Source: Haliotis rubra
Taxonomy: Eukaryota
NCBI RefSeq assembly: GCF_003918875.1
Contig: NW_025765148.1
Location: 434,001 to 498,000 of the forward strand
DNA length: 64,000 nt
Direction of reading: 5' to 3'
Positions 13,659 to 26,200 of this stretch are shown piece by piece (position 1 is the first letter of the stretch; every line of letters begins with the position of its first letter). Below the pieces are notes generated by a model. It saw nothing but the letters and a program-made list of their open reading frames with translations. It was not told where the DNA came from and made no database searches. Position numbers and translations under genes: made by a program.

Positions 13659-15445
13659 GGAAAATACTAGACAATTGCAAAAATTTGTTGGGTGAAAGAT
13701 AAAGTCATCAGAAACATATACCCCAATTTTTATTTCAAAAATATGGTATATTATATTTTATCGCGAAAACAGTTTCTGTTATCTGAGCTTCGGCCATTAT
13801 GCATATTCCGCTGGAACTCACGTGACCTTTCCGCTCGTGACGTGATATGTGACAAGCGTCCGCCATATTGCAAAAGACCAAGCGCTACAGTAACACAAAT
13901 CGTGTTGTTTCTGTCTTTTTTGTAAATGGTACGATGGTGTATTCCGTTGCCTGGGGATGTACGTAATCATCGAACAATGGAAAGAGCCACCATTTCTTCC
14001 GTTTTCCAAGTAAAGAGACAGATTTAGGCAGGAGAAATGCTCCGATCATTCCGAGTCGGACGCATGTGAAAGAGACATGCACACATGTTACAACTTACTG
14101 TCAGTGGTATTTTTAACATAAATTAGATTAAATTTTTGTCAACTTTGATATTATGTTCTTCATATATAAGTATATACATAGGTATGAGTTTACTAATGGA
14201 ACATTTTTCAGAAATATTACTCCCTAATAACTTTTAAATGAAGAACATAATATAAAAGTTGACAATAAACTATGCATTTACGGCATATATTTAATCATTT
14301 TAAATAAATTTGACCAAATTAGAATGAATGACCAAATTGCTGGCTCATTTTGTAGCTCGGGCAGTTCGACTGGTACCCATGAGATATATATATATTATCA
14401 AAATCTGTAAGAGATTTCACATGAGCTTGAAAATGTTTCTCTCTAACGTTCTTTTCGGTTTGGAGCCCTAAATGCTGCAGTCCACCCGAAACGTTGCCGA
14501 ATACAACGGCAAATCATGAAGTACTTGTTGCTTTCATTGTTTTCCATTTTGTCCAATTACGCACGTCGGCACCAGACTCGCTATTTGTCAGTAGTGTTGG
14601 CCGTGAAATTTGTTCTGTATTCTCATTGGCTGACAAGATGTCATACTACTAGTATTTTATAATTCACCAGTTTTCGATGAATAACTTATCTGCGTCGCGA
14701 ATATTATCTCTGCTCGACCAGGCTGGGATCTTGTATGGAGACTTATTAATGAGAACTAGGATCCTTATTTATTTCAACAAAATAATTCCAGTGTAATTTT
14801 TGCAGCAGATAATTTCTATTTTCCCCCGTCTGAAGCATAATTATTTTGTTTTTGAATCCCAGACACCCTACAGTCAGCCATTTGACACAAAAGGAACTGC
14901 AATCACATTTCAAAAAAAGAAAAGCTTAGGGACTGGTCATTTATTTGGGTTTGCTGGTTTTGCTGGTTGGAACTATATCACATGTTGCTGACAAGTAGTA
15001 TTCTTGTTGAATGATATTGTTTTATTTTCAAATTTATTTTGACCTCAAGTGGTGCCTCCGTTTCGCTTGATTTGTCTTCTTCATCTTCAGTGGAAGATTC
15101 TCTTGCAAGATGTAAAATCGGATCGTATTGATACGGTCTAACATCCGTTTCAGAAATGACATCAGAACATCTTTTACTGCTTCAGAATCCACGGACACTG
15201 TTAAGTTGTGAGGTAAAATCAAAGAGGAAGCCATTAGCAATAGGCACATATGATGTCATGTCACGTGATACCCCAGTCTGCTCATTAACTGTCGGGTGTT
15301 TCCGTAATAGGCGGAAATACGAGTACGTTTTTTTGTGTTTTTATTGCTATTTTACAAACTTTTTGTTCAGTTTTAATCACGGAATGTGACTTTTAGAATA
15401 TCCTTTACAATATATCAAAAGTTTTGTTTTCGTTCGTAATCTCCT
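13659..15445. mobile_element. Decayed Kolobok-like element with THAP remnant
   Basis: TTAA-AGG...CCT-TTAA ends with weak TIR. Plus-strand THAP-like remnant from 13934: MVYSVAWGCT*SSNNGKSHHFFRFPSKETDLGRRNA. Convergent minus-strand acidic remnant ...DVRPYQYDP...ESSTEDEEDKSSE at ~15150-15050. May be two nested pieces. Confidence 0.55.
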
Positions 15446-15542
15446 TTAATGTGTTGAATATATACATCCCAAACAATGGTACATCACATTCACCTCTCCG
15501 GCACAACCAATTTTATTTCCGATTCACTGCCACCTACTTCAG

Positions 15543-15757
15543 CAGATCAGTGTTGTCGTACTTGGGTGTGTCAGACACGTAATACCTGATAATGCTCAGA
15601 TCAGTGTTGTCGTACTTGGGTGTGTCAGACACGTAAGACCTGATAATGCTCAGATCAGTGTTGTCGTACTTGGGTGTGTCAGACACGTAAGACCTGATAA
15701 TGTTCAGATCAGTGTTGTCGTACTTGGATGTGTCAGACACGTAAGACCTGATAATGT
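15543..15757. repeat. 54-bp minisatellite (4 copies)
   Basis: Unit cagatcagtgttgtcgtacttgggtgtgtcagacacgtaagacctgataatgct. Confidence 0.95.
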
Positions 15758-15891
15758 TTCTAGGTTGGTCAGCACCACGTCCCTTCTTGTGTATTTCACC
15801 AAAGTGTTAAACAGTTAAAATCCGCATCACCTCTAGCTTTTATTCAAAACCAAACGGGTTGGGTTGTTAATAAACTCAGGTTGGTTGGTTA

Positions 15892-16281
15892 TTTATCATC
15901 CAAAACTGTGTTCCACAGGAGATATCGCTTGTGTGAGATCAAACGATATCTCCTAGGAGATATCGTTTTGACAGTAGATTTTGTACAATGCCCTGACAAT
16001 GCTATGACGTCATGTACTTGATGACGTCACAATGCTATGACATCGCTGCACTGCAAGTGTAATGGCAGTACCATGTTCAGAGATGTACATTTTTCATTGA
16101 AAATTAATGAAGAGTGATTTTGGATGATATATAGAATCTCACCCTCGTGTCTTCTGATATCAAATATATCAACACTCGTTGATAAAGTAAAAATATCCTC
16201 GGCAAGCCTCGGATATTTGTAACTTTATCAACTCGTGTTGATATAATTGATATCAGAAGACACTTGGGTGAGATTCTCTAT
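15892..16281 (+). mobile_element. Nested-inverted-repeat DNA element, partial copy
   Basis: Near-identical to 51924-52345: arm bounded by tatcatccaaaa/ttttggatgata followed by a ~150-bp hairpin (16132-16281). Confidence 0.7.
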
Positions 16282-16507
16282 GTAACGCCGTACTCAGCAA
16301 TATTCCAGCTATATGGCAGCGATCTGTAAATAATCGAGTCTGGACCAGACAATCCAGTGATCAACATATTGAGCATCGATCAACGTCATTGGGATACGAT
16401 GACATGTGTCAACCATGTCAGCGAGCCTGACCACCAAATCCTGTTAACCGCCTTTTACGACAAACATGGGTTGCTGAAGACCAATTCTAACCCGGATATT
16501 CACGGGT
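16282..16507 (-). mobile_element. SINE family B
   Basis: Reverse complement of family B. Confidence 0.88.
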
Positions 16508-16693
16508 CCAAAACCAAACGGATATGATGTTGTATATTATAATGATGAATGAATAATTATTTTTTTCACCAATTGTGTAACTTGCTATAAATAATAACAT
16601 TCAGATCACTTGGTAATAGTGTTCAAATTATTTTCTAATGTAGATCGGTTAGCTTTGCTTGGAAAGAAGTGGCTAATAAATATAGATAACGAA

Positions 16694-16708
16694 AGGTCAA
16701 GCCGACCT
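16694..16708. promoter_or_regulatory. One-mismatch ERE-type IR3 upstream of gene A
   Basis: AGGTCA-agc-CGACCT, about 460 bp 5' of the gene A ATG. Confidence 0.3.
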
Positions 16709-17169
16709 GTTTTTGTGAACGAGGAAGGGTACGAGGGTAAATTTCCACAACGGCGGGGAAAACTGAGATACCATAACTTTGTATTAATTTCATGTAAGAA
16801 TGTAAATTCAGGGCGAATGACAGGTAGGGAACAAACAAAAAATACGAACAGGCTTACGGAAGCATTGTTCAAAGCAACGTTCAGCAGAAATAAAGAAAAC
16901 CTCCATTTCGAAATTAGTTTTACAACAGTAAACATGGTAAAGGTTTACAACGGAGAATAAATTACTTTGAAAGAAAAATAAATAACTGCCATTTGTATCG
17001 TGCATGTCTCTCGAATCAAGGAACGATTAACCACGATAGCAAACAGGTGGTCGCGATTATTGTCTCGAGTCGTATAGGTAGGTGTGCAGGGTGAGAAGTG
17101 TGACGACTGTACCAGATAAGACTTCTGGATTCCGTTCTATTTTTTGTCATTATCAGTCTATAGGACACA

Positions 17170-20100
17170 ATGTTGAAGTTATTACTTGCAATACTTCTGT
17201 TTAAAACAGCTCAGGTAAGTATAGCTGGTCATCATACGCGACGCTATTTAACGTCGGTCTGAACAGTATAGTATATGAGTGAGTGAGTGAGTGAGTGAGT
17301 GAGTTTAGTCTTACTCCGCTTTTAGCAATATTCCAGCAATGGAACGGTGGATACCAGGAAGGGGCTTCACACATTGTACCAATTTGGGGCATCGAACCCA
17401 GGTCTTCGGTTTCAAGAGCGAACGGTTTAGACACTAACCTACTCCACGGCTTCTATAGTATATAGATGAATATAGTATATATGGTATATATAGGATCTTA
17501 AGCTTTATGTGATATAATTCATTCAGTTTCACGCAGTGCAGCCTGTTGCATTCAGAGGTAGCCAATTGTAGATTTGAAACAAAGTGGGGTAGCCTAGTGG
17601 TAAAAGCGTTCGCTCGTCCGGTTCTATTCCCCACTTGGCTACAACATGTACATCCCGTTTCTGTTATTCCTTGCTGAAATATTGCTGGCATACTGTTGAA
17701 AGCGGAGCACTTAACGCACTCAAGCAGACGCTCCAGCATATTGCCTTGATGTCCATTTTGTCGACATCAAGAACGACCTTCATGAACGATCAATCGTAAA
17801 CTAGTTGACCTCTCCTTCTTCAGTGTATCGCGTGAAGACATTGATTATATGCCCACATTTGCCTTATCTTATTAAGGGAAGGGGTGGTCTTCAATAGTCT
17901 GTTACCTTCTGTCCTCTGAAGAGGTTAACCAGACCTGAGATAGCATTGTTAACTTTACAAGTTGTTACAGAATCGACAATTTGGTCTCAGGGGTATTTAA
18001 GTACAAATGTTTCGAAACACTGTATCATGTCTCTTCCAAGTCTCAACAGGCGTTAAGAAGGTTATCTCCCCTGTTGTGGCACTCTCCAAGGCGATAATTC
18101 TGTCGAGAAGCTCTTCATAATGTCGATGCCACCAATTTCAACTCTCCACTAAGCTGGAGAGTTAGTCCGTCAACCTACTTTTGGCACCCAGTTTTTAGCG
18201 ATTAAAATTGCCTGAGTATGATTCACTTCGCCAGAGTATGTTTGTAGATTAGAACATTAGACACATCATACATGGTTTGTTTTCCAAAACAAACTATTAC
18301 CCCGTCACAGCTATCATGCAATTACAGGTTGGTGGTTCATGACCCTGTAAAAACATGGGCCCTAAAGCATACAGCTCACCTTCATCCGTCCATTACACCT
18401 ATGACCTGTCATCATAGATTCCTAATTCAACGTCAGTGTCGCCATCATCTGTATACCCGTGAAGGTCCGGGTTAGAATAGTGATCTTCAGTAACCCATGC
18501 TTGTCGTAAGCGGCGACTAACGGGATCGGGTGGTCAGGTTCGTTGACTTGGTGAACACATGTCATCGGTTCCCAATTGCGCAGATCGATGCTCATGCTGT
18601 TGTTCACTGGATTGTCTGGTCCAGACTCGATTATTTACAGACCGCCGCCATATAGCTGGAATATTGCTGAGTGCGGCGTACAACTAAACTCACTCACTCA
18701 CTCATCATCTGTATAGAGATCTATAACGACTAGTTGCACTGTATACAAATAGACGAGGCCTGCCCTGACGCCGAATACTCTGGCATGGCAAGAATGCCAA
18801 GGTCAGTTTGTCCTAAGTCTCCAACTTCCCTGAATAAATAAACTTAACTTCATCTTTAACATTGAACATGAATCGTAAACTTTCTCCCAGCTCACTGTAA
18901 TATCTTGCAGTTGCTGCAGCGACCATACCCTCCCGGGAGTCAAAAGTGGTGCTTTTCCTCCGCGGGTTGCCCGGATGATGAATGTTGTGTACACGTGACA
19001 GAACCGGATGGGCCATTCGGGAGACGAGGTGTAGCGCCACCTGGGAGGTGTTTCACTGAAACGTCGGATCTCAGAGGTAGCCAGAGTAAAATCTACGCAT
19101 AATATATAGCATTTCAAGGTTAAACGATAAGTCCTTTACACTGCATAAATATGCAAATCGAAACTTGTTCTGATGGCCTGGGACGATTGATGGACAACAC
19201 AGTTCCCTAAACTAACCCGCGGCCGATAATCGACTGACGGTTACATGATTGTGACTGGTCCTTTGGTGCACGGTAAACACCGACTTCCTTTTGAAGTTGA
19301 GCTTTCGATTTATGTGATATACTGACGCCTGGCTGACACTGTTACTTCAGGAATGTGCATGAGGTCGGCGTCTGAGAGGGCAGCGGTGCCTCACTGGTGT
19401 AACGACGGGGGCGACTGCGCCGACGACGAGTGCTGCGTTGAGTATGATCAGGGTCCAGGCTTCGGACGGAGGGAGGCCGGCCGGGATGTGTACCTCGGGG
19501 TGTGTGATAAGCTGGGACACTTCGACTCAGGTAAATCTTATAAATGGACTGAGGTAAAGTCGGACGTACTGGAGGTATATCAATGGGAATAACGAAATTC
19601 CAGGTTGGCTCCTGAATCGAAATGCATTACTGACTATTTTCACTCTCCAAGCGATTTCATATATATCTCCAATGAAATGTCATTTGTGTTAGGAAGATAC
19701 AAGGAAGTATGTTGTGTACTGTATGTTGGCGTCTTCTCTGCAGATTGTCGTATGGACCACTTCAACAGCACTAACAACGCCCGCCCCGATGGTCTAGTGA
19801 AGAGTTGCCCCTGTAACATCAAGTACAATTGCACTCTCATTGACGATTCCGACAAAACGCTGGGTGGGTATAGTCGAGTTGCAGTAATAAGAAATACCTT
19901 GGTTCTGCCTGAATTGATGCTTTAGTTAATGTCTTGGCTCATGCCTTGGTTAATGCTTGGTTAATCTCTTGATTGATGCCTTGGTTAATGGCTTGGTTGA
20001 TGCCTTGGTTAATGCTTGGTTAATGGCTTGATTGATGCCTTGGTTAATGGCTTGATTGATGCCTTGGTTAATGGCCTGATTGATGCATTGGTTAATCTTT

Positions 20101-22740
20101 TGATTGATGCCTTGGTTAATGGCTTGGTTGATGCCTTGGTTAATGCTTGGTTAATGGCTTGGCTGATGCCTTGGTTAATGCTTGGTTAATCTCTTGATTG
20201 ATGCCTTGGTTAATGGCTTGGCTGATGCCTTGGTTAATCTCTTGATTGATGCCTTGGTTAATGCTCTGCTGATGCCTTGGTTAATGCCCTGGTTAATGCT
20301 TGGTTAATGGCTTGGTTGGTTAATGCCTGATTGATGCCTTGGTTAATCTTTTGATTGATGCCTTGGTTAATGGCTTGGCTGATGCCTTGGTTAATCTCTT
20401 GATTGATGCCTTGGTTAATGGCTCGGTTGATGCCTTGGTTAATGCTTGGTTAATGGCTTAATTGATGCCTTGGTTAATGCCTGATTGATGCCTTGGTTAA
20501 TCTTTTGATTGATGCCTTGGTTAATGGCTTGGTTGATGCCTTAGTTAATGCTTGGTTAATGGCTTGATTGATGCCTTGGTTAATGCTTGGTTGATGACTT
20601 GGTTAATCTCTTGATTGATGCCTTGGTTAATGGCTTAGCTGATGCCTTGGTTAATGCTTGGTTAATCTCTTGATTGATGCCTTGGTTCATGCTTGATTGA
20701 TGCCTTGGTTAATCTCTTGATTGATGCCTTGGTTAATGCTTGGTTGATGCCTTGGTTAATCTCTTGATTGATGCCTTGGTTAATGCTTGGTTGATGCCTT
20801 GGTTAATCTTTTGATTGATGCCTTGGTTAATGGCTTGGTTGATGCCTTGGTTAATGCTTGGTTAATGGCTTGATTGATGCCTTAGTTAATGCTTGGTTGC
20901 TGCCTTGGTTAATCTCTTGATTGATGCCTTGGTTAATGGCTTGGCTGATGCCTTGGTTAATGCTTGGTTAATCTCTTGATTGATGCCTTGGTTCATGCTG
21001 CCTTGGTTAATGGCTTGGCTGATGCCTTGGTTGATGCCTTGGTTAATCTCTTGATTGATGCCTTGGTTCATGCTTGGCTGATGCCTTGGTTAATGCTTGG
21101 TTAATCTCTTGATTGATGCCTTGCTTAATGCTTGGTTGATGCCTTGGTTAATCTTTTGATTGATGCCTTGGTTAATGGCTTGATTGATGCCTTGCTTAAT
21201 GCTTGGTTGATGCATTGGTTAATCTTTTGATTGATGCCTTGGTTAATGGCTTGGTTGATGCCTTGGTTAATGCTTGGTTAATGGCTTGATTGATGCCTTG
21301 GTTAATGCTTGGTTGATGCCTTGGTTAATCTTGGTTAATCTCTTGATTGATGCCTTGGTTCATGCTTGGTTGATGCCTTGGTTAATGCTTGGTTAATGGC
21401 TTGATTGATGCCTTGGTTAATGGCTCGGTTGATGCCTTGGTTAATGCTTGGTTAATGGCTTGATTGGTGGCTTGGTTAATGGCTCGGTTGATGCCTTGGT
21501 TAATGGCTTGGCTGATGTCTTGGTTAATGGCTCGGTTGATGCCTTGGTTAATGCTTGGTTAATGGCTTGATTGATGCCTTGGTTAATGGCTTGGCTGATG
21601 TCTTGAGTAATGCCTTTTAATGCCTTCGCTGAAGCCTTGGTAAATTTCCTGGTTGCTGCCTTGGTTAATGGCTTGTCTGCTTTTTTTGGTTAATGGCTTG
21701 ATTATGACTTGACTAATGCGATGGCTGGTAGTTAGTGTGTATGTTACTTTAATAGGTAATGCTTTTGACATTCTTGTCACATTCTGCCACATCCTGCCCC
21801 ATCCTTACTGACATGTGTCAACCCTTCCTATGTGAGTAGGGGTGGTGGGGTAGCGTAGTGGTTAAAGCGTCCGCTCGTCACACCAAAGACCAGGGTTCGA
21901 TTCCCCACATGAGTACAATGTGTGAAGCCCATTTCTGGTGTCCAACCGCCGCGATATTGCTGGAATACCACTACAAGCGACGTAAAACCATACTCACTCA
22001 CTCACGCCTATCTGAGTCCTGTCTGTCATGCCCTATTTCATCCGGCAACAGTTCACCACGACCGGTCACATCTTATCAAATACTGTCTCATTCAGTCACA
22101 TCTTGGTCTGTGTCAAATTCTGACATTTTGCCATCACATACGTGCATGCACGCCCGGTCAAATCTAAATATCACAAGCTGCCCAATCTGTCACATTTCAC
22201 GTTCTGCCTAAGCTACCACACCCTAATTCATCGAAACTTGTCTGTCTTTGGCATCACTTGTGTGATCGACCCCTGCAGATACGGGTTAGAATTGATCTTC
22301 AGTAGCCCATGCTTGTTGTAAGAGGCGACTAACGGGATCGGGTGGTCAGGCTCGCTGACTTGGTTGACACATGCCATCGTATCCCAGTTGCGTGGAATGA
22401 TGCTCATGGATTGCCTGGTCTAGACTCAATTATTTACAGACCGCCTCCATATAGCTGGAATATTGCTGAGTGCGGAGTAAAACTAAACTCCCTCATGCTG
22501 TTGATCACTGGATGGTCTGGTCCAGACTCAATTATTTACAGACCGCCTCCATATAGTTGGAATATTGCTGAGTGCGGAGTAAAAATAAACTCACTCATGC
22601 TGTTGATCACTGGATTGTCTGGTCCAGACTCGATGTTTACATTACAAGTTTTACATAATATACTACCTGTGTTACGCTTTCTTCAAAGAAACCTGAGATT
22701 TTGACAGCTTGGTTGTTGCTTTCCAGGGATTTGCACCTAA
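17170..22740 (+). CDS. Gene A: secreted Cys-rich prokineticin/colipase-fold-like peptide with duplicated N-terminal module (174 aa, 16 Cys)
   Basis: Exons 17170-17214, 18911-19076, 19351-19530, 19744-19863, 22727-22740; all GT-AG, intron phases 0,1,1,1. Protein: MLKLLLAILLFKTAQ-LLQRPYPPGSQKWCFSSAGCPDDECCVHVTEPDGPFGRRGVAPPGRCFTETSDLR-GMCMRSASERAAVPHWCNDGGDCADDECCVEYDQGPGFGRREAGRDVYLGVCDKLGHFDS-DCRMDHFNSTNNARPDGLVKSCPCNIKYNCTLIDDSDKTL-GICT*. Hydrophobic N-terminus; C-x5-C-x4-CC...C-x9-C...CPC-x5-C...C spacing; AATAAA at 22780-22785. Probable 5'UTR intron 17078-17163. Confidence 0.8.
17277..17447 (-). mobile_element. SINE family A
   Basis: (gagt)n tail plus family A body; deleted plus-strand copy nearby at ~17584-17720. 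Confidence 0.85.
18456..18704 (+). mobile_element. SINE family B (~250 bp, full length, gene A intron 1)
   Basis: cccgtgaaggtccgggttagaat...acccatgcttgtcgtaagcggcgactaacgggatcgggtggtcagg...ggaatattgctgagtgcggcgt...(ctca)n; flanked by catcatctgtata duplication. Confidence 0.9.
19895..21720. repeat. Mosaic 11-13-bp simple repeat in the last intron of gene A
   Basis: Interleaved gccttggttaat / gcttggttaat / ggcttgattgat / ctcttgattgat subunits. Confidence 0.95.
21839..22004 (+). mobile_element. SINE family A
   Basis: A/B boxes, family A body, (ctca)n tail. Confidence 0.9.
22269..22634 (+). mobile_element. SINE family B with tandemly duplicated 3' half
   Basis: 3' segment ctcatgctgttgatcactgg...aaactc repeated about 2.4 times. 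Confidence 0.88.
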
Positions 22741-23286
22741 CAGAAATACCAAAATTGCTCTCGCCAAGAAGACTTTTTCAATAAACTGAAATATATTTAC
22801 CTCATGCGTGATCGTTGTCCTTGACATGTAACACTATCGACATGTAGGGCGCGGGTGGCCCAGTAGGCTAGGTCATTCTGGTTTGCTCCCCACAATCTGC
22901 TACATGTATCCAGGATCACATATTGTACATATTTGGGAAGCGAACCTGGACTTCATCATGATGAACAAACACTTTCAGCCTAAGGCGAACATCCACACAC
23001 CCATTTTCTAAACATATCGCATATTCAATTACACTTGCAGTATCGACATTTGGAAATCAGGTAATATACACACACTGGGAGATTTGTTTCATTTTTAAAT
23101 GTGTATGGTTTCAAATGATCGAGACAGAGAGAATAACCGCTTGAGTTTAATCTGGTGACCGCGGGTTCTCGCTGGTGGACAAGTTCGGAGTGACCAGATA
23201 CACAGCATGACAACCTGTCTCTGGTTTTCGTCGCAATCGTACTCCCTTCAAAATGTCTTGCCCACCTCTATCAAATTATAGCAAGA

Positions 23287-26200
23287 GCGTCAATGTCAAC
23301 CCGGAGAGGTTACATGTACAGGGCTAGATGTCAATGTCAACTCGGAGAAGTTACATGTACAGGGCTAGATGTCAATGTCAACCCGGAGAAGTTACCTGTA
23401 CAGGGCTAGGCGTCAATGTCAACCCGGAGAGGTTACATGTACAGGGCTAGGCGTCAGTATCAACCCGGAGAGGTTACCTGTACAGGGCTAGGCGTCAATG
23501 TCAACCCGGAGAGGTTACATGTACAGGGCTAGGCGTCAGTATCAACCCGGAGAGGTTACCTGTACAGGGCTAGGCGTCAATGTCAACCCGGAGAGGTTAC
23601 ATGTACAGGGCTAGGCGTCAATGTAAACCCGGAGAGGTTACCTGTACAGGGCTAGGCGTCAATGTCAACCCGGAGAGGTTACATGTACAGGGCTAGATGT
23701 CAATGTAAACTCGAAGAGGTTACATGTACAGGGCTAGGCGTCACTGTCAACCCGGAGAGGTTACATGTAAAGGGCTAGGCGTCAATGCAAACCCGGAGAG
23801 GTTACCTGTACAGGGCTAGATGTCAATGTAAACCCGGAGAGGTTACATGTACAGGGCTAGGCGTCAATGTAAACCCGGAGAGGTTACCTGTACAGGGCTA
23901 GGCGTCAATGTCAACCCGGAGAGGTTACATGTACAGGGCTAGGCGTCAATGTCAACTCGGAGAGGTTACATGTACAGGGCTAGATGTCAATGTAAACTCG
24001 GAGAGGTTACATGTACAGGGCTAGATGTCAATGTCAACCCGGAGAGGTTACATGTACAGGGCTAGGCGTCAATGTAAACCCGGAGAGGTTACATGTACAG
24101 GGCTAGATGTCAATGTCAACTCGGAGAGGTTATATGTACAGGGCTAGGCGTCAATGTCAACTCGGAGAGGTTACATGTACAGGGCTAGATGTCAATGTAA
24201 ACCCGGAGAGGTTACCTGTACAGGGCTAGATGTCAATGTAAACTCGGAGAGGTTACATGTACAGGGCTAGATGTCAATGTCAACTCGGAGAAGTTACATG
24301 TACAGGGCTAGATGTCAATGTCAACTCGGAGAGGTTACATGTACAGGGCTAGATGTCAATGTAAACACGGAGAGGTTACATGTACAGGGCTAGATGTCAA
24401 TGTCAACTCGGAGAGGTTACATGTACAGGGATAGGCGTCAATGTCAACTTGGAGAGGTAACATGTACAGGGCTAGGCGTCAATGTAAACCCGAAGAGGGT
24501 ACATGTACAGGGCTAGGCGTCAATGTAAACTCGGAGAGGTTACATGTACAGGGTTAGGCGTCAATGTCAACCCGGAGAGGTTACATGTACAGGGCTAGGC
24601 GTCAATGTCAACTCGGAGAGGTTACATGTACAGGGCTAGGCGTCAATGTCAACTCGGAGAGGTTACATGTACAGGGCTAGATGTCAATGTAAACCCGGAG
24701 AGGTTACCTGTACAGGGCTAGGCGTCAATGTCAACCCGGAGAGGTAACCTGTACAGGGCTAGGCGTCAATGTCAACCCGGAGAGGTTACATGTACAGGGC
24801 TAGGCGTCAATGTCAACTCGGAGAGGTTACATGTACAGGGCTAGATGTCAATGTAAACTCGGAGAGGTTACATGTACAGGGCTAGATGTCAATGTCAACC
24901 CGGAGAGGTTACATGTACAGGGCTAGGCGTCAATGTAAACCCGGAGAGGTTACATGTACAGGGCTAGATGTCAATGTCAACTCGGAGAGGTTACATGTAC
25001 AGGGCTAGGCGTCAATGTCAACTCGGAGAGGTTACATGTACAGGGCTAGATGTCAATGTAAACCCGGAGAGGTTACCTGTACAGGGCTAGATGTCAATGT
25101 AAACTCGGAGAGGTTACATGTACAGGGCTAGATGTCAATGTCAACTCGGAGAGGTTACATGTACAGGGCTAGGCGTCAATGTCAACTCGGAGATGTTACA
25201 TGTACAGGGCTAGATGTCAATGTCAACCCGGAGAGGTTACCTGTACAGGGCTAGGCGTCAATGTAAACCCGGAGAGGTTACATGTACAGGGCTAGATGTC
25301 AATATCAACCCGGAGAGGTTACATGTACAGGGCTAGATGTCAATGTAAACCCGGAGATGTTACCTGTACAGGGCTAGGCGTCAGTATCAACCCGGAGAGG
25401 TTACATGTACAGGGCTAGATGTCAATGTCAACCCGGAGAGGTTACATGTACAGGGCTAGATGTCAATGTCAACTCGGAGAGGTTACATGTACAGGGCTAG
25501 ATGTCAATGTCAACCCGGAGATGTTACATGTACAGGGCTAGGCGTCAATATCAACCCGGAGAGGTTACCTGTACAGGGCTAGGCGTCAATATCAACCCGG
25601 AGAGGTTACATGTACAGGGTTAGGCGTCAATGTCAACCCGGATAGGTTACATGTGCAGGGCTAGGCGTCAATATCAACCCGGAGAGGTTACATGTACAGG
25701 GCTAGGCGTCACTGTCAACCCGAAGAGGTTACCTGTACTGGGCTAGATGTCAATGTAAACCCGGAGAGGTTACCTGTACAGGGCTAGATGTCAATGTAAA
25801 CTCGGAGAGGTTACATGTACAGGGCTAGATGTCAATGTCAACTCGGAGAGGTTACATGTACAGGGCTAGGCGTCAATGTCAACTCGGAGAGGTTACATGT
25901 ACAGGGCTAGATGTCAATCTAAACCCGGAGAGGTTACATGTACAGTGCTAGGCGTCAATGTCAACCCGGAGAGGTTACATGTACAGGGCTAGGCGTCAAT
26001 GTCAACCCGGAGAGGTTACATGTACAGGGCTAGATGTCAATATCAACCCGGAGAGGTTACATGTACAGGGCTAGGCGTCAATGTCAACCCGAAGAGGTTA
26101 CATGTACAGGGCTAGGCGTCACTGTCAACCCGAAGAGGTTACCTGTACAGGGCTAGATGTCAATGTCAACCCGGAGAGGTTACATGTACAGGGCTAGATG

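Noticed and set aside
16606-16960. Overlapping 109/116-aa ORFs upstream of gene A
   Set aside because: No motif, no splice support, non-ATG starts; likely promoter sequence.
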